The notes: generated by a model not told the origin, from the sequence alone. Shown: positions 29,345 through 42,572, counted from the stretch's first letter. The stretch: 64,000 nt of DNA from Burkholderiales bacterium (GCA_046590325.1 JBKJUC010000020.1:561-64560); one strand, 5' to 3'. Made by a program: numbers and translations.

Positions 29345-30832
29345 ATGAAGGCCATTCTCGCTCTCGACCAGGGCACCACCAGTTCGCGCGCCATTGTCTT
29401 CGACCAGGCCGGCAAAGCGCTCGGCCATGCGCAACAGGAGTTCACCCAGATTTACCCGAAATCGGGCTGGGTTGAACAAGATCCGGAAGAAATCTGGTCG
29501 TCGCAGCTCGCGACGGCCCGCGCGGCGCTCGCGCAGTCCGGCATCACCGCGCAGGACATCGCCGGTATAGGCATCACTAACCAGCGCGAGACGACGCTGT
29601 TGTGGGAACGCTCGACCGGAAGGCCGCTCGCCAACGCTATCGTGTGGCAGGACAGGCGTACCGCTGCGTTGTGCGAGCAATTGCGCGCCCAGGGGCTGGA
29701 AGCGCTGTTCACCGGACGTACCGGCCTGCTGCTCGATGCTTATTTTTCCGGCACCAAACTGCGCTGGCTGCTGGACAATATCGAAGGCGCCCGCGCCCGC
29801 GCGGAAAAGGGCGAGATTGCATTCGGCACCGTGGATTCATGGCTGGTCTGGAAACTCACGGGCGGCCGCAGCCACGTCACCGACGTAAGCAATGCCTCAC
29901 GCACCATGATGTTCAATATTCACAACGGCGACTGGGACGACAAACTGCTCAGCCTGCTGCGGGTGCCCCGCGCCGTTTTGCCGAAAGTCGTAGCATCAAG
30001 CGGTGTCTGCGCCGAAACGGATGCGGAACACTTCGGGTCTGTGCTGCCCATCGGCGGCATAGCCGGAGACCAGCAGGCCGCATTGTTCGGCCAGCAATGC
30101 ACTGGCGCGGGCATGGTCAAGAATACCTATGGCACCGGCTGTTTCATGCTTATGAACACCGGCAAGCGGCCGGTGGATTCGCATCACCGCCTGCTGACTA
30201 CCGTCGCCTGGGACATCGGCAACGGACTCGACTACGCGCTGGAAGGCAGCGTATTCGTCGCCGGTGCGGCGGTCCAGTGGCTGCGCGATGGGCTGGGCAT
30301 CATCCGCACGTCGGCGGAAGTCGAGAAGCTTGCGCGTTCGGTAGACGACAACGGTGGCGTGTGTTTCGTCCCGGCCCTGTCCGGCCTTGGTGCGCCGCAC
30401 TGGGACCCGCACGCTCGCGGCGCCCTCGTCGGGTTGTCGCGCGGCACCAGTGCCGGACACATTGCTCGCGCCACCCTCGAATCCATTGCCTACCAGACCG
30501 CCGATGTCCTGGAGGCGATGCATGCGGATTCCGGCATTGCGGTCACCGAACTGAGGGTCGACGGCGGCGCCACCCAGAACGACCTGCTGATGCAGTTCCA
30601 GGCGGACCTGCTGGGGGTGCCGGTGGTGCGGCCAAAAGTCTATGAAACCACCGCGCTGGGAGCGGCTTATCTGGCCGGGTTGGCGGCCGGATTCTGGCGT
30701 GACCCCGGTGTCCTGGCGGTGCAGTGGCAGCTAGACCGGCGCTTCGAACCTGCCATGAACGCCGATCAAAGAGCGGCGCTCAAGTCCACGTGGGCGAAGG
30801 CCGTCAAGCGTTCGCTGGCATGGGCCACATGA
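29345..30832 (+). CDS. glpK: glycerol kinase
   Basis: [20 protein letters not shown]..., [15 protein letters not shown], full-length 495 aa. Confidence 0.95.
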   Translation: MKAILALDQGTTSSRAIVFDQAGKALGHAQQEFTQIYPKSGWVEQDPEEIWSSQLATARAALAQSGITAQDIAGIGITNQRETTLLWERSTGRPLANAIVWQDRRTAALCEQLRAQGLEALFTGRTGLLLDAYFSGTKLRWLLDNIEGARARAEKGEIAFGTVDSWLVWKLTGGRSHVTDVSNASRTMMFNIHNGDWDDKLLSLLRVPRAVLPKVVASSGVCAETDAEHFGSVLPIGGIAGDQQAALFGQQCTGAGMVKNTYGTGCFMLMNTGKRPVDSHHRLLTTVAWDIGNGLDYALEGSVFVAGAAVQWLRDGLGIIRTSAEVEKLARSVDDNGGVCFVPALSGLGAPHWDPHARGALVGLSRGTSAGHIARATLESIAYQTADVLEAMHADSGIAVTELRVDGGATQNDLLMQFQADLLGVPVVRPKVYETTALGAAYLAGLAAGFWRDPGVLAVQWQLDRRFEPAMNADQRAALKSTWAKAVKRSLAWAT

Positions 30833-30922
30833 TTTGATTCGGTTAATCAGCTTGGGTTGACAACAGGCTGATTTAATTAGTAATGTGGCTCAATCTAGGC
30901 GTCCGGGGGGGCGGCGACGGAT

Positions 30923-31768
30923 ATGGCGAAGATCGCAGTATTCAACCAGAAAGGCGGGGTCGGAAAGACCACGACGTCGCTCAATCTGACGGCGGCTCTG
31001 GCGCGGTGTGGCTATAACCCTCTTTCCATCGACCTCGATCCCCAAGGCCACCTTTCCTACGTCTGCGGTAGCAGCGTGGGTAACGCCGATGATTCGATTT
31101 TCGGCTTCTACCAGAACACCAAGCCGCTGACCCAGCTGATCCGGCCCGCCGTGGGCGGCTGGCTGGTCATACCGGCGCACGTCGAACTGTCAAAGGTCGA
31201 CACCCAGTTCGGCAAGGGTCCGAACATCCTGAACCGCCTGAATGGCGGAATCGTGAAGGAAAACCTGAACACCGGCCGGCCCATCGTGCTCGATTGCTGC
31301 CCGATGCTGGGCGTGTTGTCCCTCAGCGCGATATTCGCGTCGGACCGGGTGCTGGTGCCCGTGTCTGCCGACTATCTGGCGGTGCAGGGCGTGCATCAGG
31401 TGGAGAAAACCTTCAAGGCGCTGGAGCACGTGCTCAAGAAGCGCCTGCCGCGCCGCTATGTCGTGACGCGATTCGACTCACGCCGCAAGATGTCGCACCA
31501 GATCTACGACGAATTGAAGACCCGGTATGGCGATGAAGTTTGCAATACGCGGATCACGGAAAACGTGAGCGTCGCCGAGAGCCCGGCCGTGAAGAAGGAT
31601 GTGTTTGCCCACGCGCCAGACAGCCGCGGGGCGAAGGACTACGAAGCCCTGCTCGTGGAACTGATTTCTACCGGGTTCGTCGAGGCGAGAAACCAGGATG
31701 CAGCGCCCGCCGCCGATGATCCGAGACTGCGTTTCCTTACAGCCACCCCGGAAACCTCGTTCAACTAG
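30923..31768 (+). CDS. ParA/Soj-family ATPase (orphan, no parB seen)
   Basis: Deviant Walker A KIAVFNQKGGVGKTTT with the signature Lys; DLDPQG and VPVSADY motifs. Confidence 0.85.
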   Translation: MAKIAVFNQKGGVGKTTTSLNLTAALARCGYNPLSIDLDPQGHLSYVCGSSVGNADDSIFGFYQNTKPLTQLIRPAVGGWLVIPAHVELSKVDTQFGKGPNILNRLNGGIVKENLNTGRPIVLDCCPMLGVLSLSAIFASDRVLVPVSADYLAVQGVHQVEKTFKALEHVLKKRLPRRYVVTRFDSRRKMSHQIYDELKTRYGDEVCNTRITENVSVAESPAVKKDVFAHAPDSRGAKDYEALLVELISTGFVEARNQDAAPAADDPRLRFLTATPETSFN

Positions 31769-31851
31769 TCGCGCCACGGCCACGCCACCTTCGCCCAACC
31801 GGCGATCCCGCAGCAATCCCCAGGGCACCAACCCCATTCGGAACTCTTGTC

Positions 31852-32100
31852 CTATTCCGACCTCTCGTCGCCCTGCCTGGAAATCAGCGAAATGATGTTC
31901 TCCACGTCGCTGCCTTCTTCCCGGACGGTCGATTGCATGGGCTTGCATTCGATGATCTCGCAGTGCATGTACATCTGCGAGATCTTGCGTTCCGCCTCTG
32001 CCTGGTCGCGGGCCTGGATCACAAGGTTATCCACCGGAAGTCCGCTGCGGGTGCGGATACGGAAGCCGAATTTCAACATCGGTGCCATGGGCAGGGACAT
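31852..32100 (-). CDS. hypothetical small protein
   Basis: An ORF with coding-like composition that is convergent with parA. The start is uncertain (Met at 32100, 32088 or 32079), there is no clear RBS, and I recognise no motif. Confidence 0.35.
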   Translation of the reverse strand: MSLPMAPMLKFGFRIRTRSGLPVDNLVIQARDQAEAERKISQMYMHCEIIECKPMQSTVREEGSDVENIISLISRQGDERSE

Positions 32101-32181
32101 GACCGTATTGTAGAGGCATCCGGTCCCGGGAAACGCCCACTGTATTCCGTGGCTCCCTTCTTGCTTTATCTCCTGCCGCAC

Positions 32182-32706
32182 TCAACGCTCTTGAAGCTTG
32201 AAGTCGCGGCGGTAGCGTTGGAAATTCCTGACGTAGTGTTCGGCGTTTTCCAGCAGGCGCTGGACCTCCTCGTCGGTGAGCTGGCGCACCACCTTGCCGG
32301 GGGAGCCAACGACCAGCGAGCGGTCGGGGATTTCCTTGCCTTCGGTAATGAGCGCATGGGCGCCGATCAGGCAGTACTTGCCGATGCGTGCATGGTTCAG
32401 GATGGTGGATTTGATGCCGACCAGGCTGCCGTCGCCTACGCTGCATCCGTGGAGCATGACCTGGTGGCCTATAGTCACGTTTCGCCCGATGGTGAGCTGC
32501 ACGCCCACATCGGTGTGCAGCACGCTGTTGTCCTGGACGTTGGAGCCTTCGCCAATGGTGATCAGGTCGTTGTCGCCGCGGATGACCGTGTTGAACCAGA
32601 CGCTGGCGTTGTTTTCCAGGATGACGGACCCGATTACGGTCGCGTTGTCCGCGACCCAGAAATCGCCGCGCGTGACGACTTTTCGCTCTCCGAGGGAATG
32701 GATCAT
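32182..32706 (-). CDS. gamma-class carbonic anhydrase family protein (left-handed beta-helix, YrdA/PaaY-like)
   Basis: Hexapeptide repeats with the His triad context ([11 protein letters not shown]...[10 protein letters not shown]). Confidence 0.85.
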   Translation of the reverse strand: MIHSLGERKVVTRGDFWVADNATVIGSVILENNASVWFNTVIRGDNDLITIGEGSNVQDNSVLHTDVGVQLTIGRNVTIGHQVMLHGCSVGDGSLVGIKSTILNHARIGKYCLIGAHALITEGKEIPDRSLVVGSPGKVVRQLTDEEVQRLLENAEHYVRNFQRYRRDFKLQER

Positions 32707-32806
32707 GTGGGGGTTGGGCGATGAAAGGGAATCCGGATTATAGCGGGACGTTTACCGGCCCAGCCCCGCGGGCGATAATAGGCAAATTCTGCAAGGAGGT
32801 TCGATC

Positions 32807-33904
32807 ATGTCAGCCGTAACCGCCGTAAAGTCCGCGGGCGATACCGATGTCGCCGCCCTGCTCGGGGCCGACGCCGAAAAACTGCTCAGCCATACCTGCA
32901 AGGGCATCCCGAAGGAATCCTTGCACCTGCCGGGACCCGATTTCGTCGATCGCGTGTTTGCGCCGTCGGACCGCACGCCGCAGGTGCTGCGCAGCCTGCA
33001 ACAGTTGTTCAGCCACGGTCGCCTGGCCGGAACCGGCTACCTTTCCATCCTGCCGGTGGACCAGGGCATCGAGCACTCGGCGGGCGCATCGTTCGCCAAG
33101 AATCCCGCGTATTTCGACCCTGAGAACATCGTCAGGCTGGCGGTCGAGGGCGGTTGCAATGCCGTCGCTTCGACCCTCGGGGTCCTCGGTTCCTGCTCTA
33201 GGAAGTACGCGCACAAGATCCCGTTCCTGCTCAAGTTCAACCACAACGAATTCCTGACCTACCCGAACAAGTATGACCAGATTTTTTTTGCGAGCATCAA
33301 GCAGGCGCGCGACATGGGCGCGGTCGCGGTCGGCGCGACAATCTATTTCGGTTCGCCGGAATCCGCACGGCAGCTCGTGGAAGTGAGCAAGGCCTTCGAA
33401 ATAGCCCACGAAATGGGCCTCGCTACGGTCCTCTGGTGTTACCTGCGCAATCCGGGATTCAAGACCGATAAGGATTATCACCTGTCGGCCGATCTCACCG
33501 GCCAGGCGAACCACCTTGGCGTCACCATCCAGGCCGACATCATCAAGCAGAAGCTGCCGGAGAATAACGGTGGCTACAACGCGATCAGCACCAAGGAGAA
33601 TCCCTATGGCAAGATCGACAAGCGCGTGTATACGGAGCTTTCGAGCGATCATCCGATCGACCTCACGCGCTACCAGGTCGCCAACTGCTATATGGGCCGC
33701 GCGGGACTGATCAATTCCGGTGGCGCGTCCTCTGGCGACAGCGATCTTGCCGAAGCCGTGCGCACCGCCGTCATCAACAAGCGCGCTGGCGGCATGGGAC
33801 TGATCTCGGGCCGCAAGGCTTTCCAGCGGCCGATGAAGGAGGGTGTGGGCATACTGAACGCGATCCAGGATGTCTATCTCTCCAGGCAGGTCACCATCGC
33901 GTAA
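32807..33904 (+). CDS. fbaB: class I fructose-bisphosphate aldolase (DhnA/FbaB type)
   Basis: Long blocks match my recollection of E. coli FbaB ([72 protein letters not shown]). Confidence 0.9.
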   Translation: MSAVTAVKSAGDTDVAALLGADAEKLLSHTCKGIPKESLHLPGPDFVDRVFAPSDRTPQVLRSLQQLFSHGRLAGTGYLSILPVDQGIEHSAGASFAKNPAYFDPENIVRLAVEGGCNAVASTLGVLGSCSRKYAHKIPFLLKFNHNEFLTYPNKYDQIFFASIKQARDMGAVAVGATIYFGSPESARQLVEVSKAFEIAHEMGLATVLWCYLRNPGFKTDKDYHLSADLTGQANHLGVTIQADIIKQKLPENNGGYNAISTKENPYGKIDKRVYTELSSDHPIDLTRYQVANCYMGRAGLINSGGASSGDSDLAEAVRTAVINKRAGGMGLISGRKAFQRPMKEGVGILNAIQDVYLSRQVTIA

Positions 33905-33951
33905 GGTACTTGCCTTTATGCTCTTGCTCCCTCTCCGCTTAGGGGCGAGGT

Positions 33952-33979
33952 GACGGCCCGCAAGGGCCGTCTGCTTTTT
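33952..33979 (+). terminator. rho-independent terminator after fbaB
   Basis: gacggcccgcaagggccgtc followed by tgcttttt. Confidence 0.7.
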
Positions 33980-34709
33980 ATGCCGGCGCGCCCAGGCGCG
34001 CCGCGAACCGGGGATAGGTATCCGCAATGTCATCGCGGATCCTGCCGCGGATGGCGGTAAGCGTGTTGGCATCGGGCGCAGGCGTCAAGGGGACGCTGTC
34101 GGGGCAGTCGAACTCAAAGCCCGTGTTGTCGCAGATCTCTTCCACGCTATGGCCGGAATGAACACTCTCCAGGCGGAAGCGCCGCTGCTGTCTGTTGAAG
34201 AAAAATAATCCCAGTCCCGTCAGCAAGGCATGCGGTCCTCCGGGGCGATAGACCCCGGGCTCGCTGCCGCCGGGCGCGCTGATGAAATCCACCTTTGGTA
34301 CCATCACCCGCCGCGTGTGTTCTTCCCGGAACAGGATCACCCGCGGTATCAGGAAGTAGAGGTAGGAAGAGCCGAAGGAACCCGGCCAGCGCACGTCGGT
34401 TGCGGGATAGTCTCCGGTGCCTACCAGGTTGATGTTGGCCTGGCCGTCGATCTGGCCGCCGCCGAGGAAGAACGCGTCGATGCGGCCCTGAGCCGCGAGG
34501 TCGAACAGCTCGACGCCGCCGCAGGTGAAGGGTTCGTGTCGCAGCGATCCGAGCACAGTGACGCGCATCGCGCCGTCCGACTGCTCCCGTGCCAACAGTG
34601 CGCCGGCGCCCGGGATCGGGGACGATGCGCCGGTCGCGACGTGCCGGCAGCCGCGCAGGAGCCGTGCGACAACGGAGATAAGCAATTCGGTCGGACTGTA
34701 AGCGCTCAT
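33978..34709 (-). CDS. CoA-transferase subunit B (glutaconate/3-oxoacid CoA-transferase family)
   Basis: The start at 34709 forms an ATGA overlap with the subunit A stop. Motifs ...GASSPIPGAG... and ...NLVGTGDY. Confidence 0.7.
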   Translation of the reverse strand: MSAYSPTELLISVVARLLRGCRHVATGASSPIPGAGALLAREQSDGAMRVTVLGSLRHEPFTCGGVELFDLAAQGRIDAFFLGGGQIDGQANINLVGTGDYPATDVRWPGSFGSSYLYFLIPRVILFREEHTRRVMVPKVDFISAPGGSEPGVYRPGGPHALLTGLGLFFFNRQQRRFRLESVHSGHSVEEICDNTGFEFDCPDSVPLTPAPDANTLTAIRGRIRDDIADTYPRFAARLGAPA

Positions 34710-35530
34710 GCCGCGGCGCGACGCGTACCGAGCCACTCTTCGAGAAACTGCGAGAACCCTGCGGCGGTTTTCGCGGCGGCGACATAGCGCGCCATTGCAT
34801 CTTCGTCTTCCGGGTAGTAATCCCAGAATTGCAGCGGTGCCGCACCGCGACGGGCTTCGGCCACCGCAGTCACATAAATGGCGGGCATCACACCGGCTGC
34901 GCGCTGCGGATCGTCCAGCAGATTGCGATTAGTGATTTCCTCGGCGGTGACGAAAGTGCGCTTCGATGCGTGTGCCATGAGCATCAACTCGCGCTTGGAG
35001 CCGACGAATACATTACCGTCCCGGTCCGCGAGCGGCGCATGGAACAGGGCAACGTCGGGTTGAATCGCGGGCAGGGCCACGATCGAATCGCCTTCCGCGA
35101 AAGGATTGGCCATGAGTTTCCAGTCGCTCCGGTTGCGCAGCACGTCGGTGCCGATGAGTCCGCGCAGCGGCATGAACGGAATGCCCTTCTCCGCCGCCTG
35201 CAGGCCCGCATACACCGCCGGACAGGTGGCATCGAGCATGCGCAGCCGGCCCTCGCGAACCGCGGCGCTGAATCGCGGTGCCGTGCCGTATTCGCCCAGC
35301 GTGACCGCTGATGTCTCGATGGTGGAAACGGCCCCTGCGCCGATCAGGATATCGGCCTGCAAGCCGCCGACCGGCACGCAGACCAAATGCAATCCGCTTA
35401 CACCGCGGCGCAGCATCTCGCGTGTCACAGCCATGGCGGGGCCGGAAGAATCCTTGGGCACGGCGAGCATAACGCCGTCGCCGATTTCGGCGGCGATTTC
35501 CTCGACCGTCACAACCATGCTGGACGCCAT
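34706..35530 (-). CDS. CoA-transferase subunit A
   Basis: VTVEEIAAEIGDGVMLAV...GGLQADILIGAG family I CoA-transferase alpha pattern. Confidence 0.7.
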   Translation of the reverse strand: MASSMVVTVEEIAAEIGDGVMLAVPKDSSGPAMAVTREMLRRGVSGLHLVCVPVGGLQADILIGAGAVSTIETSAVTLGEYGTAPRFSAAVREGRLRMLDATCPAVYAGLQAAEKGIPFMPLRGLIGTDVLRNRSDWKLMANPFAEGDSIVALPAIQPDVALFHAPLADRDGNVFVGSKRELMLMAHASKRTFVTAEEITNRNLLDDPQRAAGVMPAIYVTAVAEARRGAAPLQFWDYYPEDEDAMARYVAAAKTAAGFSQFLEEWLGTRRAAA

Positions 35531-35620
35531 TCACGCTGTCCCGGGATAAGGATGCGGGCATTATGGCGCGGAAGCGGCAGCCGGCCAACCGGCGCCTGAG
35601 ACTTCTGGACCCTGATTCCT

Positions 35621-35685
35621 TTTCACCGCGGAGGCGCAGAGACCCGACGTGCTACGCCCGTAGGGTCTGCGCCTCGGCGGTGAAA
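35621..35685. repeat. short hairpin element related to the E1/E4/E6 arm sequence (copy E5)
   Basis: tttcaccgcggaggcgcagagaccc, a 17-nt loop, then gggtctgcgcctcggcggtgaaa. The arm motif ccgcggaggcgcagag resembles ccacggaggcacagag of E1. Confidence 0.55.
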
Positions 35686-35715
35686 CGATTTAGCCGATGG
35701 CGGGTGTCGAAATCC

Positions 35716-35946
35716 TCAGCACAACGTCCGGGTTTCGACAGCGGCCGCCGGAACCTCCAGCGCAGCCACTATTTCCTCGATAAGGCAGGATGCCGCGTAG
35801 ACCGTTTCCATTGCGTCCAGCCGGCTGCCGCTATGGATAGCCTTAAGTCCATGATCCAGCATTGAATCCGCGGCACTCAACTTTGCCCTGATGTCGTCAA
35901 GGCGAGCTTTGCCGGCGCGCGCTGCAGTGATTGTCGAGAAGGCCAT
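35716..35946 (-). CDS. hypothetical small protein (76 aa)
   Basis: ATG at 35946 has GGAG 8 nt upstream and lies after the hppA terminator. Helical, Ala-rich. Weak resemblance to DUF3077-type proteins, from memory only. Confidence 0.35.
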   Translation of the reverse strand: MAFSTITAARAGKARLDDIRAKLSAADSMLDHGLKAIHSGSRLDAMETVYAASCLIEEIVAALEVPAAAVETRTLC

Positions 35947-36044
35947 GTCGATCTCCATTCCGGGTTGCATGACATGACTCTTGCATGGGCTGTGCCCGGA
36001 AATCGACCACTTGGCAGCGACGGACGGCGGGACGGGTAACAGGC

Positions 36045-36080
36045 AAAAAAATCCCGCGGTGCACCTGCTGCCGCGGGATT
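36045..36080 (-). terminator. rho-independent terminator of hppA
   Basis: The minus strand reads aatcccgcgg, an 11-nt loop, ccgcgggatt, then TTTTTT. Confidence 0.8.
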
Positions 36081-36101
36081 CGTTGTCGGAACTGTGTGTG
36101 C

Positions 36102-38138
<2,037 letters not shown>

Positions 38139-38306
38139 GAATCCCCCTTTATCGATTTCAATACAGGGCCGAAATGGGCCGGCCCCTTGACCCTGGAGTG
38201 GAAACTACGAAAACCGAGCCTGCCGGTACCCGGGCAGCGAGTGGCCCGGCGAGCTAACGCGCGATTTTAACTGAATTTTCCGCGCGAAAATCCCGGTTTT
38301 ACGGAT

Positions 38307-39566
38307 TCAGAGCTTGAATTCCGGGAGTTTCCTGGGAACCGCGACGTTCTTGAGTCGAACGTAGTTGGGCAGGCCGTTTTTGAACGGCGGGTAATCTTCA
38401 CCCAGGATCAGCGGGGCAAGGTAGCGCCGGCACTTGTCGGTGATGCCGAACCCGTCGTCGCTGATGAAGTCCTGCGGGAGCTTTTTCTCGACGTTGGCGA
38501 CGTCATCCAGATTGGCGACACCGACTGTCCATTTGTAGGGGCTGTTCGACTTGCGCACGATGGTCGGCATGACCGCATTGCGGCCCTTGATGGCCAGGTC
38601 CACCGCGGCCTTGCCAACTGCGTAGGCTTGGGCGACGTCGGTCTTCGACGCGATGTGCCGCGCGGCGCGCTGCAAATAGTCGGCGACACTATAGTGATAC
38701 TTCAGCTTGAGGCCGTCCTTGATCATGGTGGCAATCACCGGAGCAACGCCGCCAAGCTGGGCGTGCCCGAATGCGTCGCGCAGTCCCTGGTCAGACAGAA
38801 ACTTGCCTTCCACGTCCTTGACCCCTTCGGATACGACCACCGAGCAGTATCCATAGCGTTTCACCAGGGCATCGACGCGGGCAAGGAACTGTGCCCGGTC
38901 GAAACGGACCTCGGGAAACAGAATCATGATCGGCAGGTCGCCCGGTTTTTCGGCGGCGAGACCGCCCGCCGCGGCGATCCAGCCGGCATGCCGGCCCATG
39001 ACTTCGAGAATGAATACCTTGGTCGAGGTCTTCGCCATCGATGCCACGTCGAAGCTCGCTTCGCGCAGAGAAACCGCGACGTATTTGGCCACTGAGCCGA
39101 AGCCGGGGCAGCAATCGGTAATCGGCAGATCGTTATCCACCGTCTTCGGCACATGGATCGCCTGGATCGGGTAGCCCATGGTCTTCGAAAGCTGGGAGAC
39201 CTTGAGGCAGGTATCCGCGGAATCGCCGCCGCCGTTGTAGAAAAAATAGCCGATGTCGTGCGCCTTGAAGACCGCTATCAGGCGCTCGTATTGCGGACGG
39301 CTTTCGTCGATGCCCTTGAGCTTGTAGCGGCAGGATCCGAATGCCCCGGCGGGCGTGTGCCGCAGTGCCGCGATGGCGGACGCCGATTCCTTGCCGGTAT
39401 CGATGAGGTCCTCGGTCAGCGCGCCGATGATGCCGTTGCGCCCAGCGTAGATTTTACCGATGAGGTCCTTGCGCTTGCGTGCAGTTTCAATGACGCCGCA
39501 GGCGGAAGCATTGATGACGGCGGTGACACCGCCGGACTGGGCATAAAACGCATTTCTCTTTGGCAT
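38307..39566 (-). CDS. pfp: 6-phosphofructokinase, probably pyrophosphate-dependent (Pfp, 420-aa type)
   Basis: PFK family A motifs (AFYAQSGGVTAVINAS, NGGGDS, PKTVDNDL, MGRHAGW). PPi dependence is inferred from the linkage to hppA that I recall being reported in methanotrophs. It is not provable from sequence alone. Confidence 0.8.
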   Translation of the reverse strand: MPKRNAFYAQSGGVTAVINASACGVIETARKRKDLIGKIYAGRNGIIGALTEDLIDTGKESASAIAALRHTPAGAFGSCRYKLKGIDESRPQYERLIAVFKAHDIGYFFYNGGGDSADTCLKVSQLSKTMGYPIQAIHVPKTVDNDLPITDCCPGFGSVAKYVAVSLREASFDVASMAKTSTKVFILEVMGRHAGWIAAAGGLAAEKPGDLPIMILFPEVRFDRAQFLARVDALVKRYGYCSVVVSEGVKDVEGKFLSDQGLRDAFGHAQLGGVAPVIATMIKDGLKLKYHYSVADYLQRAARHIASKTDVAQAYAVGKAAVDLAIKGRNAVMPTIVRKSNSPYKWTVGVANLDDVANVEKKLPQDFISDDGFGITDKCRRYLAPLILGEDYPPFKNGLPNYVRLKNVAVPRKLPEFKL

Positions 39567-39590
39567 GGGGCGAACTCCTTCAAAGCGTTA

Positions 39591-39742
39591 GCCACAGAGG
39601 ACACAGAGAAGTGCAGGAAACGGTGTGAAATGCACAGATAGGCTTGAAGAATTCATGGGAGACAACTCCCATTCCAGTCTGCTTCGTGCCCCGTACTATT
39701 AGCGCTTCTTGATTCCTCTGTGACCTCTGTGGCCTCTGTGGC
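39591..39742. repeat. periodic-arm inverted-repeat element (copy E6)
   Basis: gccacagaggacacagagaag (left) faces tcctctgtgacctctgtggcctctgtggc (right). 9-nt period (cctctgtgn). Lies between the adk stop and the pfp start. Confidence 0.6.
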
Positions 39743-39752
39743 TCAGAGATTA

Positions 39753-40499
<747 letters not shown>

Positions 40500-41273
40500 T
40501 TATAAGGGCTGGCCCGGTCCGGAAAATGCCCGCCGCATCTTTTCCAGGTCTTCGGTGGTATCGACCCCGGGCTCGGGAGCCTCTTCCGTGATGGCGACAC
40601 TAACCCGGTAGCCGTGCGCCAGGGCGCGCAGTTGTTCGAGTGCTTCGAATTGCTCGATCGCTGCGGGCGCCACGCTGGCATAGGCTTTCAGGAAGCTGCA
40701 GCGATAGGCGTACAGGCCCACGTGCCGGTAGACGGGTAACCCGGAGGGCAGGCGGGATTGGTCCACCTTGAAGGCATCCCGCGCGTAGGGAATCGGCGCG
40801 CGCGAAAAATAGAGCGCGTAGCCGTCTTTGTCCATCACCACTTTCACCGCGTTGGGATCGAACATTTCGCGGGCGTCATGGATCGGATGGCAGGCCGTGG
40901 CGATGGCCGCATCGCGATGTCCGGCCAGCTGCTGCGCGACGGACCGGATCAGTTCCGCGGGAATCCGCGGTTCGTCTCCCTGCACGTTGACGACGATCTG
41001 GTCGTCGCCCCAGCCGCGTGCGATGGCAACCTCCGCGATGCGGTCCGTGCCGGAGGCGTGGTCCGCGCGTGTCATTAACGCGACGTGCCCATGCCGCGCG
41101 ACGGCTTCGCTGATCCTGGCGTCGTCGGTGGCGACGATGATTTCCTGCGCGCCCGATTCGCGAGCACGGTCAGCGACATGCACGACCATCGGCTTGCCCG
41201 CGATGTCTGCGAGCGGCTTACCTGGCAGACGGGATGAGGCGTAGCGGGCGGGGATGACGACAACGAATTTCAT
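40500..41273 (-). CDS. kdsB: 3-deoxy-manno-octulosonate cytidylyltransferase
   Basis: [30 protein letters not shown]..., with VVNVQGDEP. Confidence 0.9.
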   Translation of the reverse strand: MKFVVVIPARYASSRLPGKPLADIAGKPMVVHVADRARESGAQEIIVATDDARISEAVARHGHVALMTRADHASGTDRIAEVAIARGWGDDQIVVNVQGDEPRIPAELIRSVAQQLAGHRDAAIATACHPIHDAREMFDPNAVKVVMDKDGYALYFSRAPIPYARDAFKVDQSRLPSGLPVYRHVGLYAYRCSFLKAYASVAPAAIEQFEALEQLRALAHGYRVSVAITEEAPEPGVDTTEDLEKMRRAFSGPGQPL

Positions 41274-41293
41274 GGTGAACAGCGCATTAACGA

Positions 41294-41380
41294 GTGAACG
41301 GTAAACGGTGATCAGTGAACAGAAAGTTCCAGCTTCGCCGGCCGCTTTTCACCGTTCACCGTTTACTGATCACCGTCCAC
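41294..41380. repeat. periodic-arm inverted-repeat element (copy E7)
   Basis: Left arm gtgaacg/gtaaacg/gtgatca/gtgaaca (7-nt units). Right arm ttcaccg/ttcaccg/tttactg/atcaccg/tccac. Lies between the ycaR stop and the kdsB start. Confidence 0.6.
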
Positions 41381-41559
41381 TAGACTTCCTCCTCCGGAGG
41401 AAGTTTGCGCGCTTCCTCTTCCAGCATCACCGGAATGTCATCGCGGATCGGATACGCCAGCCGGCAGGCCTTGCAGATCAGTTCCTTTTCCGCTTTCCGG
41501 TACAGCAACGGGCCCTTGCAGATCGGGCAGACCAGGATGTCGAGCAGCTTAGGATCCAT
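41380..41559 (-). CDS. ycaR: Trm112/YcaR family zinc-ribbon-like protein (UPF0434), 59 aa, absent from the ORF track
   Basis: My translation of the minus strand is [59 protein letters not shown]. It has the CPxC...CxxC pattern, sits between lpxK and kdsB as in E. coli, and overlaps the lpxK stop by 11 nt. Confidence 0.8.
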   Translation of the reverse strand: MDPKLLDILVCPICKGPLLYRKAEKELICKACRLAYPIRDDIPVMLEEEARKLPPEEEV

Positions 41560-42544
41560 GCGAAGTCCTGAGTTTGTCGAGAATGAGCCGGTCGAGTCCG
41601 GGCGAGACGCGCGCGTCCACGGGCAGGACCCAATGATGCTCGCGCACGAAAGGCTGGCATTTTATCGCATCCTTCTCGGTCATGATGATCGCGTCGGCGC
41701 CGGCAAACTCGACATCGGACCCGGCGAAGGCGTGATGATCCGGAAAGGGATGCGCCGTGAAGCTCAGCCCCAGGCCCCGCAGATGCTCGAAAAAGCGCGC
41801 GGGGTTGCCGATGCCGGCCAGCGCATGGACCCGCATGCCCTGGAAGGCGCCCGCATCCTGCGTTAATGCGGGGTTGAGCAGATTCCTGAACATGGTGCCC
41901 TCCAGCAACATGGCAAAGCTTCGCGGTTTGTGAGCCGACCCAGCGCCTGTTCCATTTAATACGACTGCGTCCACTTCCTCCAGGCGGCCCGCCGGTTCCC
42001 GCAGCGGACCGGAAGGAATGGGCAGGCCGTTACCCAGTCCACGGGACGCGTCCACCACGGCGATCTCGAAGTCGCGCCGCAGGCGGTAGTGTTGCAGGCC
42101 GTCGTCGCTGACGATAACGTTGCAATCGGGATGGGCAAAAAGCAGTGCGCGCGCGGCCGCAACCCGGTCGTGGCCGATCCAGACCGGGCAGCCGGTCCGG
42201 CTTGCCAGCAAAGCGGGCTCATCGCCGACCGCAGCCGGATTGGCGTCCGCCCGCACATGACGGATTTCTCCTTCGCCGCCATAGCCGCGGCTGACAATGC
42301 CGGGGCGGAATCCCTGTTCGCGCAGAACAGCGCACAGCCAGATGACAAGAGGGGTCTTGCCGGTGCCGCCGGCGGTGATGTTGCCGACGACGACTACCGG
42401 GACGTCCAGGCGTTCCGAACGAAGCAGTCCGTAGCGGAAAGCCATCTTCCGCAGCGCCGAAGCCAGGCGGAAGGCCGCAGCCGCGGGCAGCAGCGCGATC
42501 GACAGCCAGGAAAGGCGGTACCAGTGACGTTCCGGCGATATCAC
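41549..42544 (-). CDS. lpxK: tetraacyldisaccharide 4'-kinase
   Basis: [20 protein letters not shown]-loop and VSRGYGG. 331 aa. Confidence 0.9.
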   Translation of the reverse strand: MISPERHWYRLSWLSIALLPAAAAFRLASALRKMAFRYGLLRSERLDVPVVVVGNITAGGTGKTPLVIWLCAVLREQGFRPGIVSRGYGGEGEIRHVRADANPAAVGDEPALLASRTGCPVWIGHDRVAAARALLFAHPDCNVIVSDDGLQHYRLRRDFEIAVVDASRGLGNGLPIPSGPLREPAGRLEEVDAVVLNGTGAGSAHKPRSFAMLLEGTMFRNLLNPALTQDAGAFQGMRVHALAGIGNPARFFEHLRGLGLSFTAHPFPDHHAFAGSDVEFAGADAIIMTEKDAIKCQPFVREHHWVLPVDARVSPGLDRLILDKLRTSHGS

Positions 42545-42572
42545 CTGGGATTCCCGCCGCGCAGCAGGCCTG

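Noticed and set aside
32810-34072. 420-aa minus-strand ORF.
   Set aside because: It is antisense to fbaB, whose product shows strong class I aldolase similarity on the plus strand. This is a shadow ORF.
39591-39742. Whether the short tandem units in the repeat-element arms (cctctgtgn x3 and similar) are mini CRISPR arrays or VNTR loci.
   Set aside because: The units are 7-9 nt with no spacers, only 3-6 copies occur, each array is paired with a reverse-complement array, and no cas genes are present. They are classified as inverted-repeat elements instead.
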